Source of the DNA: Bacteroidales bacterium
GTDB lineage: Bacteria; Bacteroidota; Bacteroidia; Bacteroidales; UBA932
Direction of reading: 5' to 3'
DNA: 64,000 nucleotides
Assembly (NCBI GenBank): GCA_017437755.1
Contig: JAFRXI010000018.1
Location: 24,325 to 88,324, forward strand
The notes under the pieces were generated by a model. It worked only from the letters and a program-made list of their open reading frames with translations, made no database searches and was not told the DNA's origin. Shown here in pieces: positions 18,803 through 27,853 of this stretch. Position numbers and translations under genes: made by a program. Position 1 is the first letter of the stretch, and each line of letters begins with the position of its first letter.

Positions 18803-20020
18803 ATGCTGAGAATGACCAGGGTTATATTGCTTCTGCTGCTTGCCTCCGCGTTTACGGCTGCGGGGCAGGGAACGGGCGGGCTGGTCTATTCGGCGCAGGG
18901 AACGGTTTACGAGGGAAAGACCGGAAAGCCCATGGAGGGCGTGAACGTGTCCCTGCCGGACCGATATTACGCAACGGTGACCAACGCCGACGGCTTCTTC
19001 ACCATCAAGTCCGACACCCCGCTCTCCGAGGTGGTCTTTTCCTTCCTCGGATACAGGACCCTTAGGAAGAAGGCCGACGGCTCATACATGGATGTGCGGC
19101 TTTTCCGCGAGGCGCTTCCGCTTCCCGGCGCCAGAATCGTCACCGGGGACCCGTTTGAGATAGTCCGGGCGGCCATAGGCAGCATAAGGGACAATTACAG
19201 CCAGTCCCCGGAGCTGATGGAGTGTTTTTACAGGGAAACCATCCGGAAAAGGCAGCGGTTCACGTTCATTTCGGAGGCTACGGCACGACTTTACAAGACC
19301 GGGTACAACGGGAATATCGGCCAGGACAGGACCGCCCTGTCAAAGAGCAGGGTGCTCCTCAGCCAGCGCAGGGGCGACACCCTCTGCGTAAGGGTGATTG
19401 GCGGCCCCACCCAGGCCATAACGCAGGACGTTGTCAAGAATCCCGACATAATCCTCGGCGAGGACCTCAAAAACTATAGGTTTGAGATGCTTCCGCCCGA
19501 GATCATCGACGGGAGGGTGCAGTTTGCGATAAAGATGACCCCTGCCGCCCTGTGTGACTGGGCGTTATATGACGGGATCCTTTATATAGACCAGGAGACC
19601 CTTTCGTTCACAAGGGTGGAACTCTCCCTGGATGTGTCGGACCCGGTCAAGGCCACCCGCATGATGCTGGTGAGGAAACCCCTGACGCTCAGGTTCAAAC
19701 CCAAGGAGATGTCGATGACTGTAAGCTACCGAAGGGACGGCGGCGTGTCCAGGCTGGAGTATTTCAAGTCGGTATTCGTCTTTGACTGCGACTGGCGGAA
19801 AAGGCTTCTCTCAACCCAGTATACCGTTGTGAACGAGCTGGTTGTGACCGACCTTTATCCGGAGGCCGTGCCCATTTCCCGGAACGACGCCTTCCGCTTT
19901 GGCGACTCCCTGAGCGAGAAGGCGGCCGAGTTCTCGGACCCTGATTTCTGGAAGGAATACAATATAATCGAACCGTCCGAAAGCCTTGAACATGCAATCG
20001 GACGGTTGAAGAGGCGTTGA
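18803..20020 (+). CDS. Exported protein with a carboxypeptidase-regulatory-like N-terminal domain
   Basis: TVTNADGFFTI..FSFLGY, FYRET and DPDFWKEYNIIEP motifs. The -7 box TATGTTTG at 18775-18782 argues for a start at 18803 or 18812. Confidence 0.8.
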   Translation: MLRMTRVILLLLLASAFTAAGQGTGGLVYSAQGTVYEGKTGKPMEGVNVSLPDRYYATVTNADGFFTIKSDTPLSEVVFSFLGYRTLRKKADGSYMDVRLFREALPLPGARIVTGDPFEIVRAAIGSIRDNYSQSPELMECFYRETIRKRQRFTFISEATARLYKTGYNGNIGQDRTALSKSRVLLSQRRGDTLCVRVIGGPTQAITQDVVKNPDIILGEDLKNYRFEMLPPEIIDGRVQFAIKMTPAALCDWALYDGILYIDQETLSFTRVELSLDVSDPVKATRMMLVRKPLTLRFKPKEMSMTVSYRRDGGVSRLEYFKSVFVFDCDWRKRLLSTQYTVVNELVVTDLYPEAVPISRNDAFRFGDSLSEKAAEFSDPDFWKEYNIIEPSESLEHAIGRLKRR

Positions 20021-20042
20021 GCCCTTTCCACGGTACGGATTA

Positions 20043-22412
20043 TTACCTGTACAGCGACAGCAGTATATCGTTGAGGAGGCCTCCTGCGGTCTGGCGGGTG
20101 CCGGCTCCGGCGCCCTGGATCAGCATGGGCGAGGGATAGTCGCCGGTGGTGATGAGGATGGCGTTGTCGGTGCCCTTTAGGGAGAAGAGCGGACTGTCGG
20201 GCCCCACTTCCCTCAGGCCGACCGATGCGTGCCCGCAGGCGTCTACGGTGGCCACATAGCGCAGTTTCTTCCCTTCCGATGCGGCTGCATGGTAGCGGGC
20301 CTCGATATCGGACGGAATGGGTTCCAGGGTTACCTGCGACTCTTCCAGCGGAATGCCGGCCTGCCGGCTCAGTATCAGTATTTTCCTCAGAACGTCTTTC
20401 CCGAAGAGGTCCACCGACGGGTCGGGCTCGGTGTAACCCTTTATCCTGGCATCCTCCACGAGGGCGTCCCATCCGGAGCCCTTGTAATTGTCCAGCAGGT
20501 AGTTGAGCGTTCCTGAGAGGACGGCTTCCATCTTTATAAGGGTATCTCCCGACTGGACCACGCGGTCGAGGGTGACGAGCACGGGAAGGGCGGCTCCCGC
20601 CGTGGTCTCGTAACGTAGCGACACCCCGCAGCGCTTGGCTTCCTTAAGCAGGTTCCGGAACTGGGCCCAGGTCCCGGAGAACGGAATCTTGTTGCATGCA
20701 ACTACGCTGAAGCCGCTCCCGAAGAGGTCTGGATAGCGGAAGCCCATCTCCTCGTTGGCGGTGCAGTCCACGAAGATGGGATTCTCCAGCGACAGCGAGC
20801 AGAGGGCGTCGACGTATGACCCCGGGGTCCCGTTTTCCAGTTGTTCCGGAACGTTGGAAAGGTCTATCCCCTCGGTGTTTATGACATATTTGGTGCTGCG
20901 TGCTATCCCGCATACCCTGAGGTCCTTGCCGGACCGTTTGGCGATTGATGCGGCATTGTCGCGGAGCATCTGCACCAGGGCCTTTCCCACCCGGCCGTAA
21001 CCGGCGATGAAGAGGGGGATCACCTTGTCGGTGAGGCGGTCGAAGAATTCGTGATGGATGGCGCGGATGGCCTCCGACACCCTGTCGGAAGGAACAATCA
21101 CGGAGATGTTCCGTTCCGACGATCCCTGCGCCGTGGCCCTTACGGGAATGCTGTGGCGGCCCAGGGCGGCGAGCATCCTGCCGGTGGTTCCGCTGCGGCC
21201 GAGTATGTCGTCGCCGATTACGCATACAATCGAGTAGCCGGCCGGTTCGACTTTCAGCGGATTCAGTTTGCCGATTGATATTTCATAGGCGAAGGTCTCG
21301 TCGGCGGCTTTCCTGGCGCGCTCGGCGTCGGCTTCCGATATGGCGATGCACATGGAATGTACCGACGAAGCCTGGGTAATCAGGATTATGTTGATCCCCT
21401 CGCGGGCCAGGGTGTCGAACAGGCGGGAGCTGAATCCGGGGACGCCCACCATTCCGCTTCCTTCCAGCGAGATAAGTGCGATCCCTTCCGAGTGGGCGAT
21501 TCCAACTACTCCTCCTCCGGCCCTGGGCGGGTTCCTTTCCACCAGGGTTCCGGGTTGTTCCGGATGGAAGGTGTCCTTCACAAGGATGGGGATGCCTTCT
21601 TCCACAACCGGCTGGATGGTAGGGGGATAGATCACCTTGGCCCCGAAGTGGGACAGTTCCTGCGCGGCCCTGTAGGATATGTTCCGGATTGTCTGGGCGG
21701 ATGGAACCACCTTGGGGTGGGCTGTCATTATACCCGGGACGTCGGTCCATATTTCCACCCTCCGGGCATGGAGCGCGGCCGCAAAGAGCGATGCCGTGTA
21801 GTCGGAGCCGCCCCTCCCGAGCGTGGTAACCCTGTTCCGCTCGTCCCTGCCGATGAATCCGGGGACTATGAACAGCTCCGCATGGGGATGGGCCTCCATG
21901 ACGGCGCGGATGTTGGAATATGTGACGGGGACATTCACGTTCCCTTCTTCCAGTCGGATTATATCCCTGGAATCCAGCCACCTTGCGGCAATCCCGAGCG
22001 AGAGGAACCGGTCGGTGATTATCCTGGACGAGAGCAGCTCGCCGTGGCTTTCAATAGCGCTCAGGCTGGAAGGGGAGAACTCGCCCAGCAGGAAAACGCC
22101 GCGACTGATGTTCTCCAGGCTCGAAAACAGGGTTTCAATGGCCTCGGAGGTCTTTTTCCGGTATCCGTCCGGGATGATTCCGGCCACTATTTCCTGGTGC
22201 CGGCGCTTCAGGTCGGCAATGCGCTGGAGGTAAGACTCATCCTGCTTTGCAGCCAGATGGCATATCTCTATCAGGCCGTCGGTGCACCGGGCGATGGCGG
22301 AACAAACCACGATTGTCCGGTCTCCCTCCAGGGCCTTTTCTACTATATCCACCATGCGGGCGATTGCCGCGGAGTCGGCAAGGGAAGTCCCTCCGAATTT
22401 AAGTACTTGCAT
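20043..22412 (-). CDS. thrA: Bifunctional aspartokinase/homoserine dehydrogenase (in the met operon, so functionally MetL-like)
   Basis: VLKFGGTS, TTLGRGGSDYTA, two ACT domains, GYGRVG, LSGTLNY, GYTEPDP, GAGAG. Confidence 0.95.
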   Translation of the reverse strand: MQVLKFGGTSLADSAAIARMVDIVEKALEGDRTIVVCSAIARCTDGLIEICHLAAKQDESYLQRIADLKRRHQEIVAGIIPDGYRKKTSEAIETLFSSLENISRGVFLLGEFSPSSLSAIESHGELLSSRIITDRFLSLGIAARWLDSRDIIRLEEGNVNVPVTYSNIRAVMEAHPHAELFIVPGFIGRDERNRVTTLGRGGSDYTASLFAAALHARRVEIWTDVPGIMTAHPKVVPSAQTIRNISYRAAQELSHFGAKVIYPPTIQPVVEEGIPILVKDTFHPEQPGTLVERNPPRAGGGVVGIAHSEGIALISLEGSGMVGVPGFSSRLFDTLAREGINIILITQASSVHSMCIAISEADAERARKAADETFAYEISIGKLNPLKVEPAGYSIVCVIGDDILGRSGTTGRMLAALGRHSIPVRATAQGSSERNISVIVPSDRVSEAIRAIHHEFFDRLTDKVIPLFIAGYGRVGKALVQMLRDNAASIAKRSGKDLRVCGIARSTKYVINTEGIDLSNVPEQLENGTPGSYVDALCSLSLENPIFVDCTANEEMGFRYPDLFGSGFSVVACNKIPFSGTWAQFRNLLKEAKRCGVSLRYETTAGAALPVLVTLDRVVQSGDTLIKMEAVLSGTLNYLLDNYKGSGWDALVEDARIKGYTEPDPSVDLFGKDVLRKILILSRQAGIPLEESQVTLEPIPSDIEARYHAAASEGKKLRYVATVDACGHASVGLREVGPDSPLFSLKGTDNAILITTGDYPSPMLIQGAGAGTRQTAGGLLNDILLSLYR

Positions 22413-22421
22413 AGGAAGCTG

Positions 22422-23417
22422 TTATTTCATTATGATAGCGGTGAGCTTGCCTGTTTCCAGCAGGAAGCCGTCGTGTCCGTAATTCGATGATATCTCAATG
22501 TAGTCCGCACCCGGTATCCATGCCGCCCATTCCCGGCCCTCGGAAGGGGGAAAGAGGTTGTCGGTGTCGATCGACACGACGGTGCAGCGGGCCTTGATCC
22601 GGAGCAGGGCCTGTTTTACCCCGCCCCGTCCCCGGCCGGTGTTGTGGCTGTCAAGGGCTCCGCAGAGGGTGTGGTAGCAATAGGCGTCAAAACCGCGCCT
22701 TACCAGTTTCTCCCCCTGGTATCTCTGGTAAGAGCCCACCCTGGAGGCGAAAAGCGTGTCGGGGTCCTGCTCGGCCTGGGTCAGGCGGTAGCTGGTGAAG
22801 CATCGGTAGCTGATGAGGGCCTGGGCCCTGGCGCAGCGGAGTCCTGCCGCCCCCGATTCCAGGGATTCCGCCTGACGGAAAGTGGGGTCGGCCTCGAGGG
22901 CCATCCTCTGGGTTTCCACGGTCGCCCCCAGGTAAGGAGAGATCCTCGGGGCGGTGGCGATGAACAGGCAGCGGCGTATCCTGTCAGGTTCCATTATGGC
23001 CCATTCCATTGCGTGGAACCCTCCTATGGAGCTGCCTATAAGAAGGTCTACTTTGTTGATTCCCAGATGTTTCCGTACGGCGATAAAGGCCTGGACAGTG
23101 TCGCGGATAGTGATAGGGGGAAAGGAGAGCAACCGGGGCTTCCCCGTGGCCGGGTCGATGCTCCTGGGGCTTTCCGACCCATAGGGTGAGCCGAGGAAAT
23201 TGACGCATACCACAAAGTCCTTTTCGGGGTCGATGGCCTTTCCCGCGCCCACCATCTCCGGCCACCATTCCTCCGGATCGCTGTTTGCCGTGAGTGCGTG
23301 GCAGATCCAGATGACACGGCCCTTCCTGCTTTCCGATGTATGGAAGACTATGCGCGCATTTTCCAGCGAGCCGCCCGCCTCGAGGGCAATGTCTGTCCGT
23401 ATCTCGTGTAGTGTCAT
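22422..23417 (-). CDS. metX: Homoserine O-acyltransferase (MetX, alpha/beta hydrolase fold)
   Basis: CHALTANSD, GSSIGG nucleophile motif, YGHDGFLLE. Acetyl versus succinyl specificity not determined. Confidence 0.93.
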   Translation of the reverse strand: MTLHEIRTDIALEAGGSLENARIVFHTSESRKGRVIWICHALTANSDPEEWWPEMVGAGKAIDPEKDFVVCVNFLGSPYGSESPRSIDPATGKPRLLSFPPITIRDTVQAFIAVRKHLGINKVDLLIGSSIGGFHAMEWAIMEPDRIRRCLFIATAPRISPYLGATVETQRMALEADPTFRQAESLESGAAGLRCARAQALISYRCFTSYRLTQAEQDPDTLFASRVGSYQRYQGEKLVRRGFDAYCYHTLCGALDSHNTGRGRGGVKQALLRIKARCTVVSIDTDNLFPPSEGREWAAWIPGADYIEISSNYGHDGFLLETGKLTAIIMK

Positions 23418-24694
23418 CTTGCGGCGGCTTCCAGGGCCTGCTGAAGGTCTGCGATTATGTCGTCGGGGTTTTCAAGGCCGATGGAAAGGCGGATAAGGTC
23501 GGGGGCGATCCCGGCGGCGCGGAGCTGTTCGTCGGAAAGCTGCCTGTGGGTGTGCGAAGCCGGGTGCAGGACGCAGCTGTAGCAGTCGGCCACATGGGTT
23601 TCGATGGTGATGAGCCTTAGGGCGTCCAGGAAACGGTTGTTGAAGTCCCTGCCGCCCTTGAGCCCGAAGGCCATTACACCGCAGGTCCCGTCGGGGCAGT
23701 ATTTCTGCTGGAGGGCGTGAAGCGGTGAGCTTTCCAGGTCGGAATACCTTATCCAGGCCACTTCAGGGCGGCTTTCCAGCCACCGGGCCACGGTGAGGGC
23801 GCTTTTTGCATGCCGCTCTGTCCTGAGGGCCAGCGTCTGCAGTCCGAGCCCTATGTAGAAGGCGTTCTGCGGGCTCTGGATCGCTCCGATGTCCCTCATC
23901 AGGTGAGTGACAGCCTTGGTGATGTAGGCCGCCTTTCCGAACTGCTTGGTGTAGGTGAGCCCGTGGTAGGACTCGTCGGGCGTTGTGAGTCCGGGGAACT
24001 TGTCGGCGTGCTTGTCCCATGGGAAGTTGCCGCTGTCGACGATGGCGCCGCCGACGGTGGTACCGTGTCCGTCGATGTACTTGGTGGTGGAGTGGGTGAC
24101 GATGTCGGCGCCCCACTCAAAGGGACGGCAGTGTATGGGAGTGGCAAAGGTATTGTCGATGACCAGGGGGATGCCGGCCTCGTGGGCTACGGCCGCCCAG
24201 CGCTCTATATCAAGTACTTCCACTCCCGGGTTGGAAATGGTTTCGCCGAATATGAGCTTTGTTTCCGGCCTGATTGCGGCGCGGATCTCGTCGTCGGTGG
24301 AGCTTTCGCTGATGAACGTGGTCTCGATCCCCAGCTGTTTCAGGGTGACCCCGAGCAGGTTGAACGTACCGCCGTAGATGTTGTTGGCCGCCACTATATG
24401 GTCGCCGGCCTTGGCTATGTTGATGCAGGCGAAAAGGTTTGCAGCCTGTCCGGACGAGGTGAGGATGGCACCTACGCCTCCCTCGAGGTCGGCGAGTCTT
24501 GCAGCCACCTTGTCCACGGTGGGGTTTTGCAGCCGTGAATAGAAATACCCCGAGTCTTCAAGGTCGAAGAGCCGGCCCATCTGGTCCGAAGTCTCATACT
24601 TGAAAGTGGTACTCTGGATGATGGGGATCTGCCGCGGCTCTCCCTTTCCGGGGGTGTATCCGGCATGTATGCAGCGGGTATCAATCTTTGTCAT
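23414..24694 (-). CDS. metY: O-acetylhomoserine aminocarboxypropyltransferase (sulfhydrylase)
   Basis: YSRLQNPT, DNTFATP, HSTTKY (PLP lysine), HPASHTHRQL, IRLSIGLE. Confidence 0.94.
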   Translation of the reverse strand: MTKIDTRCIHAGYTPGKGEPRQIPIIQSTTFKYETSDQMGRLFDLEDSGYFYSRLQNPTVDKVAARLADLEGGVGAILTSSGQAANLFACINIAKAGDHIVAANNIYGGTFNLLGVTLKQLGIETTFISESSTDDEIRAAIRPETKLIFGETISNPGVEVLDIERWAAVAHEAGIPLVIDNTFATPIHCRPFEWGADIVTHSTTKYIDGHGTTVGGAIVDSGNFPWDKHADKFPGLTTPDESYHGLTYTKQFGKAAYITKAVTHLMRDIGAIQSPQNAFYIGLGLQTLALRTERHAKSALTVARWLESRPEVAWIRYSDLESSPLHALQQKYCPDGTCGVMAFGLKGGRDFNNRFLDALRLITIETHVADCYSCVLHPASHTHRQLSDEQLRAAGIAPDLIRLSIGLENPDDIIADLQQALEAAAR

Positions 24695-24710
24695 ACGATA
24701 TTGTTTTCAG

Positions 24711-24843
24711 CAAAGGTAGTTCTTGTAGAAAAAACGTACAAGGTTTTATGAAACTTCAGAAAATATTTCTATTTTTACCGGAAATATCGGAAAATATACA
24801 ATTACGGGCCATTGCCGGGCCCCTTTTGCAGAATAACATTCTT
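24711..24843. promoter_or_regulatory. Divergent metY/lrp promoter with Lrp-type boxes
   Basis: Minus-strand -7 box TACCTTTG at 24718-24711; CAGAAAATATTTCTA at 24757-24771 and CAGAATAACATTCTT at 24829-24843. Confidence 0.65.
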
Positions 24844-25311
24844 ATGCAGGAAATCCAAATCGACTCCACCGACCTCCAGATACTCCGGGTCCTTCAGGAA
24901 AACGCCAGGCTCACTACCAAGGAACTGGCCGCCAGGGTGCATCTCTCCACCACTCCCGTATTCGACCGACTCAAGCGCCTGGAACGGTCGGGATTCATCA
25001 AGAAATATGTTGCGGTGCTGGATGCGGAAAAGCTTGGCCGTGGTTTCACAGTATTCTGCTCGGTAAAACTCAAGCAGATGAACCGGTCCGTGGCAAGGGA
25101 CTTCATTTCGGTTATCAAGGATATCCCCCAGGTGGCGGAATGCTACAATATTTCAGGAGAGTACGACTATCTACTGAAAATCCAGGCGCCCGACATGAAA
25201 TATTATAACGAATTCATAATTAACGTGTTGGGGACGATTGACTCCATCGGATCCATACTCTCCACCTTTGTGATGGCGGAAATCAAGAACACCAGGGCGC
25301 TGTATCTCTGA
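24844..25311 (+). CDS. Lrp/AsnC family transcriptional regulator
   Basis: IDSTDLQILRVLQENARLTTKELAARVHLSTTPVFDRLKRLE and ECYNISGEYDYLLK; start reassigned to ATG 24844. Confidence 0.95.
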   Translation: MQEIQIDSTDLQILRVLQENARLTTKELAARVHLSTTPVFDRLKRLERSGFIKKYVAVLDAEKLGRGFTVFCSVKLKQMNRSVARDFISVIKDIPQVAECYNISGEYDYLLKIQAPDMKYYNEFIINVLGTIDSIGSILSTFVMAEIKNTRALYL

Positions 25312-26559
25312 TCAGCTGCGCCTGAGGATTTCCCGGATCCGGGAACCGACGTCTTCCCAGCGGTAGAAAGGACCGTGCACCTGTTCCAGGCCGCTGAATG
25401 TCACCGCTTCCCCGTTAAGGTATGGGAGAACCAGGATGCTTTTACCGTTGCCGTAGAAGAACAGTTCCAGGTTTGCGGCCATGGGGGTCATCCAGCAGTG
25501 CCATGTCTCCGAAAGGTCTTGAAGCCTTTCTGGGACGATTCCGAGTTCCTCCACCTGCATCATGTGCATGATGGCCAGCAGGTTGACATCGTGCCCGAAC
25601 TTGAGGCGGACGGTCTTTTGGCCGGAAGCCATGTCGGCGGTGGCCTCGTTCAGTATGGTTGCCAGTAAGGGTTTGCAGCTCTGGGCCTTGAGGGCGCTCC
25701 ATTCGAAGAACCCGTAGTTGATGGCCTTGTAGAACCGGACCAGCTCTTCTTCCGTGAATACGTCGTCGATCAGCAGGTCATCGCTGACGCAGCCCATTCC
25801 GGCGATCATGTTGTAGAGCGCCGAGCAGTAATTCACCGGAGACTTGACATGGTTCATCACCGCATCCCGGTCCTTGAACAGCCTGAGCAGGATTGAAACG
25901 GCGTCCTCCCTGCTTACCTCGGACTTAAGCACGCTGGAATATGATGCGTCCCAGGGGGACGGGAGGGGCGTGGTGGCCACATAATTCACGTTGGCCTCGT
26001 CGCCTGGATTGGTTGCATCCAGGAGAGTGCGGCTGGTGCAGGCGTATATGTCAAGCCCGGGATCCTTTGATGCAAGGCCTGTGCAGAAAGCCGCCATGGT
26101 CATCATGCATCTTTTTGAAAAACTGGAAGTGGCTGTGATCCTGGCCTTTTTCCAGAAGGAATGCGGCGCAGCCCTGTACAGGTTCCCGGCTATGGTGATT
26201 GCCTGGTCCCAGCCCTTTCGGGTAAGCTCCCCGTAATGGTTCCGGCAAAGCTCAAAGAACTCTTCCGTGCGGTTGAATACGCTTTCCCCGAGGGGGGTGA
26301 GGGCGTTGCGGGCATGTGCGTCGGCAAGGGGGGCAAGAACTCTCACGTATGCGTCCTCGGAGTCCTGATAACGGGCGCCGTGCCTTCCGTAGTGATTGAT
26401 TGACAGGAGTTTATACCCAGAGGGGACCTTTACCTTTTCAAAGGGGGAAAAGTTGTACATGTGGTAAACCCCGTAGAGTTGACCGGGCTCCAGGTACACC
26501 TGTGCCATTGCGGCAGTCACGGAAAGGAGGGCCAGTACGGCGAGGATGGCTTTTTTCAT
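25312..26559 (-). CDS. Exported histidine acid phosphatase (clade 2)
   Basis: Signal peptide MKKAILA; RHGARY and KFGHD motifs. Confidence 0.9.
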   Translation of the reverse strand: MKKAILAVLALLSVTAAMAQVYLEPGQLYGVYHMYNFSPFEKVKVPSGYKLLSINHYGRHGARYQDSEDAYVRVLAPLADAHARNALTPLGESVFNRTEEFFELCRNHYGELTRKGWDQAITIAGNLYRAAPHSFWKKARITATSSFSKRCMMTMAAFCTGLASKDPGLDIYACTSRTLLDATNPGDEANVNYVATTPLPSPWDASYSSVLKSEVSREDAVSILLRLFKDRDAVMNHVKSPVNYCSALYNMIAGMGCVSDDLLIDDVFTEEELVRFYKAINYGFFEWSALKAQSCKPLLATILNEATADMASGQKTVRLKFGHDVNLLAIMHMMQVEELGIVPERLQDLSETWHCWMTPMAANLELFFYGNGKSILVLPYLNGEAVTFSGLEQVHGPFYRWEDVGSRIREILRRS

Positions 26560-26560
26560 G

Positions 26561-27853
26561 TCAGTGCTCAAGTATTTTCATGTAGAAGGCCCTTACATCA
26601 TCCCATCTGTAGTAGGGCCAGGTGTCTGTGGGAACCGGAATCCTTTGCTCGCGTTCGTTGAGGAGGATTTTCACCAGGACGTTTCCGGAGCGGTTCCGGT
26701 AGAATATCCACTGGATGTTGGATGCCATCGTGGTAACCCGGTAATCCTGCCATGTGACGGCGATGGAATCGGGTTGGGAACAGACTCCGGATGCTTCTTC
26801 AAGGCACATCAGTCCGGCCAGCGGCATCAGTCCTTCTCCGTGTCCGAACCGGAGGTCTGCGGAGATGTCGGCCGCACCTGTCTCAACGGCGATGCAGGCC
26901 TTCCTTACAAAGTCCTGGAGCAGGGGTTTGGCAATAGCCAGGGCAAGGCCTCCGGAAACAGGGCTGGGGCCCTTCCTCATGTACTGGTCCATGTTCCCGG
27001 CCTGCCAGAGGGCGTATAGTTCATCTTCGGAGAAGACATCGTAAAGGGTTATCCCCAAGCCGCTTGCGGGCATTATCTTGGCCAGGGAATACAGGTCCTG
27101 GGCAAAGGATGTAGCGGCTTTTCCGGCGGCTTTCCCGCCAAAGGGGCCGGCCGACGTGAAAAGCCTTGAAACCAGGCCGGAAGGGTCGATATTGGCCTTT
27201 ACCCAGTCATTCCGGATTTGCCTCCAGGGGCCGTCCTTGTAGTACTCCTTGTACTCGGCCGTGTAATGGTTCAGATAGCCGGAGGTGGAATGCCCGGCCT
27301 CGCAGGTGATGTCCAGGCTGGGATTGAAAACCTTGAGTGCCGAGCAGAACGATGCCATGCTGAGTATCACCCTCGGAGAGGTGGTGGACTGTGCTAGTAT
27401 GTGCTTCCCCTTTCCGGAAAACACCCGTTTGCAGGAAGACACCATCCTCCCGGCGATTTCCCCGTGCTCGCGGGCGCCCACCCGGGTAAGGTCGCCGTCC
27501 TTCTGCCTGGTTGCGGTGTCAATGGCCGTGAGCCTTTCCAGCACATCCTTCCCGAGAGGGGTAAGCTGGCCCTTGGAACCGGCATCCTCCATGAGGGACC
27601 TGAGCGACGGACACAGGTCCGCGCTGGTGTGATACCGTGAGCCATGGCGCCCGAAATGACTGACATAGAACGGTTTATACCCTTTTGGCGGCTGGTGTGA
27701 CTGGCTTTTTACAAGCTCATACGGGGCGGATGAACCGCCATACCTGTTTGGGTTGGCCGACAGCTCCCGCCTAATGTCCCTGTTGCCTGCCGATGCGTAC
27801 AGGGCCAGGGAAAGCAGGATGGGCAGGACTGATATTCTTTTGAGCCGTATCAT
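26561..27853 (-). CDS. Exported histidine acid phosphatase (clade 2) with an HGE variant motif
   Basis: RHGSRY, RFGHGE, MASNIQWIFY; signal peptide. Confidence 0.9.
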   Translation of the reverse strand: MIRLKRISVLPILLSLALYASAGNRDIRRELSANPNRYGGSSAPYELVKSQSHQPPKGYKPFYVSHFGRHGSRYHTSADLCPSLRSLMEDAGSKGQLTPLGKDVLERLTAIDTATRQKDGDLTRVGAREHGEIAGRMVSSCKRVFSGKGKHILAQSTTSPRVILSMASFCSALKVFNPSLDITCEAGHSTSGYLNHYTAEYKEYYKDGPWRQIRNDWVKANIDPSGLVSRLFTSAGPFGGKAAGKAATSFAQDLYSLAKIMPASGLGITLYDVFSEDELYALWQAGNMDQYMRKGPSPVSGGLALAIAKPLLQDFVRKACIAVETGAADISADLRFGHGEGLMPLAGLMCLEEASGVCSQPDSIAVTWQDYRVTTMASNIQWIFYRNRSGNVLVKILLNEREQRIPVPTDTWPYYRWDDVRAFYMKILEH

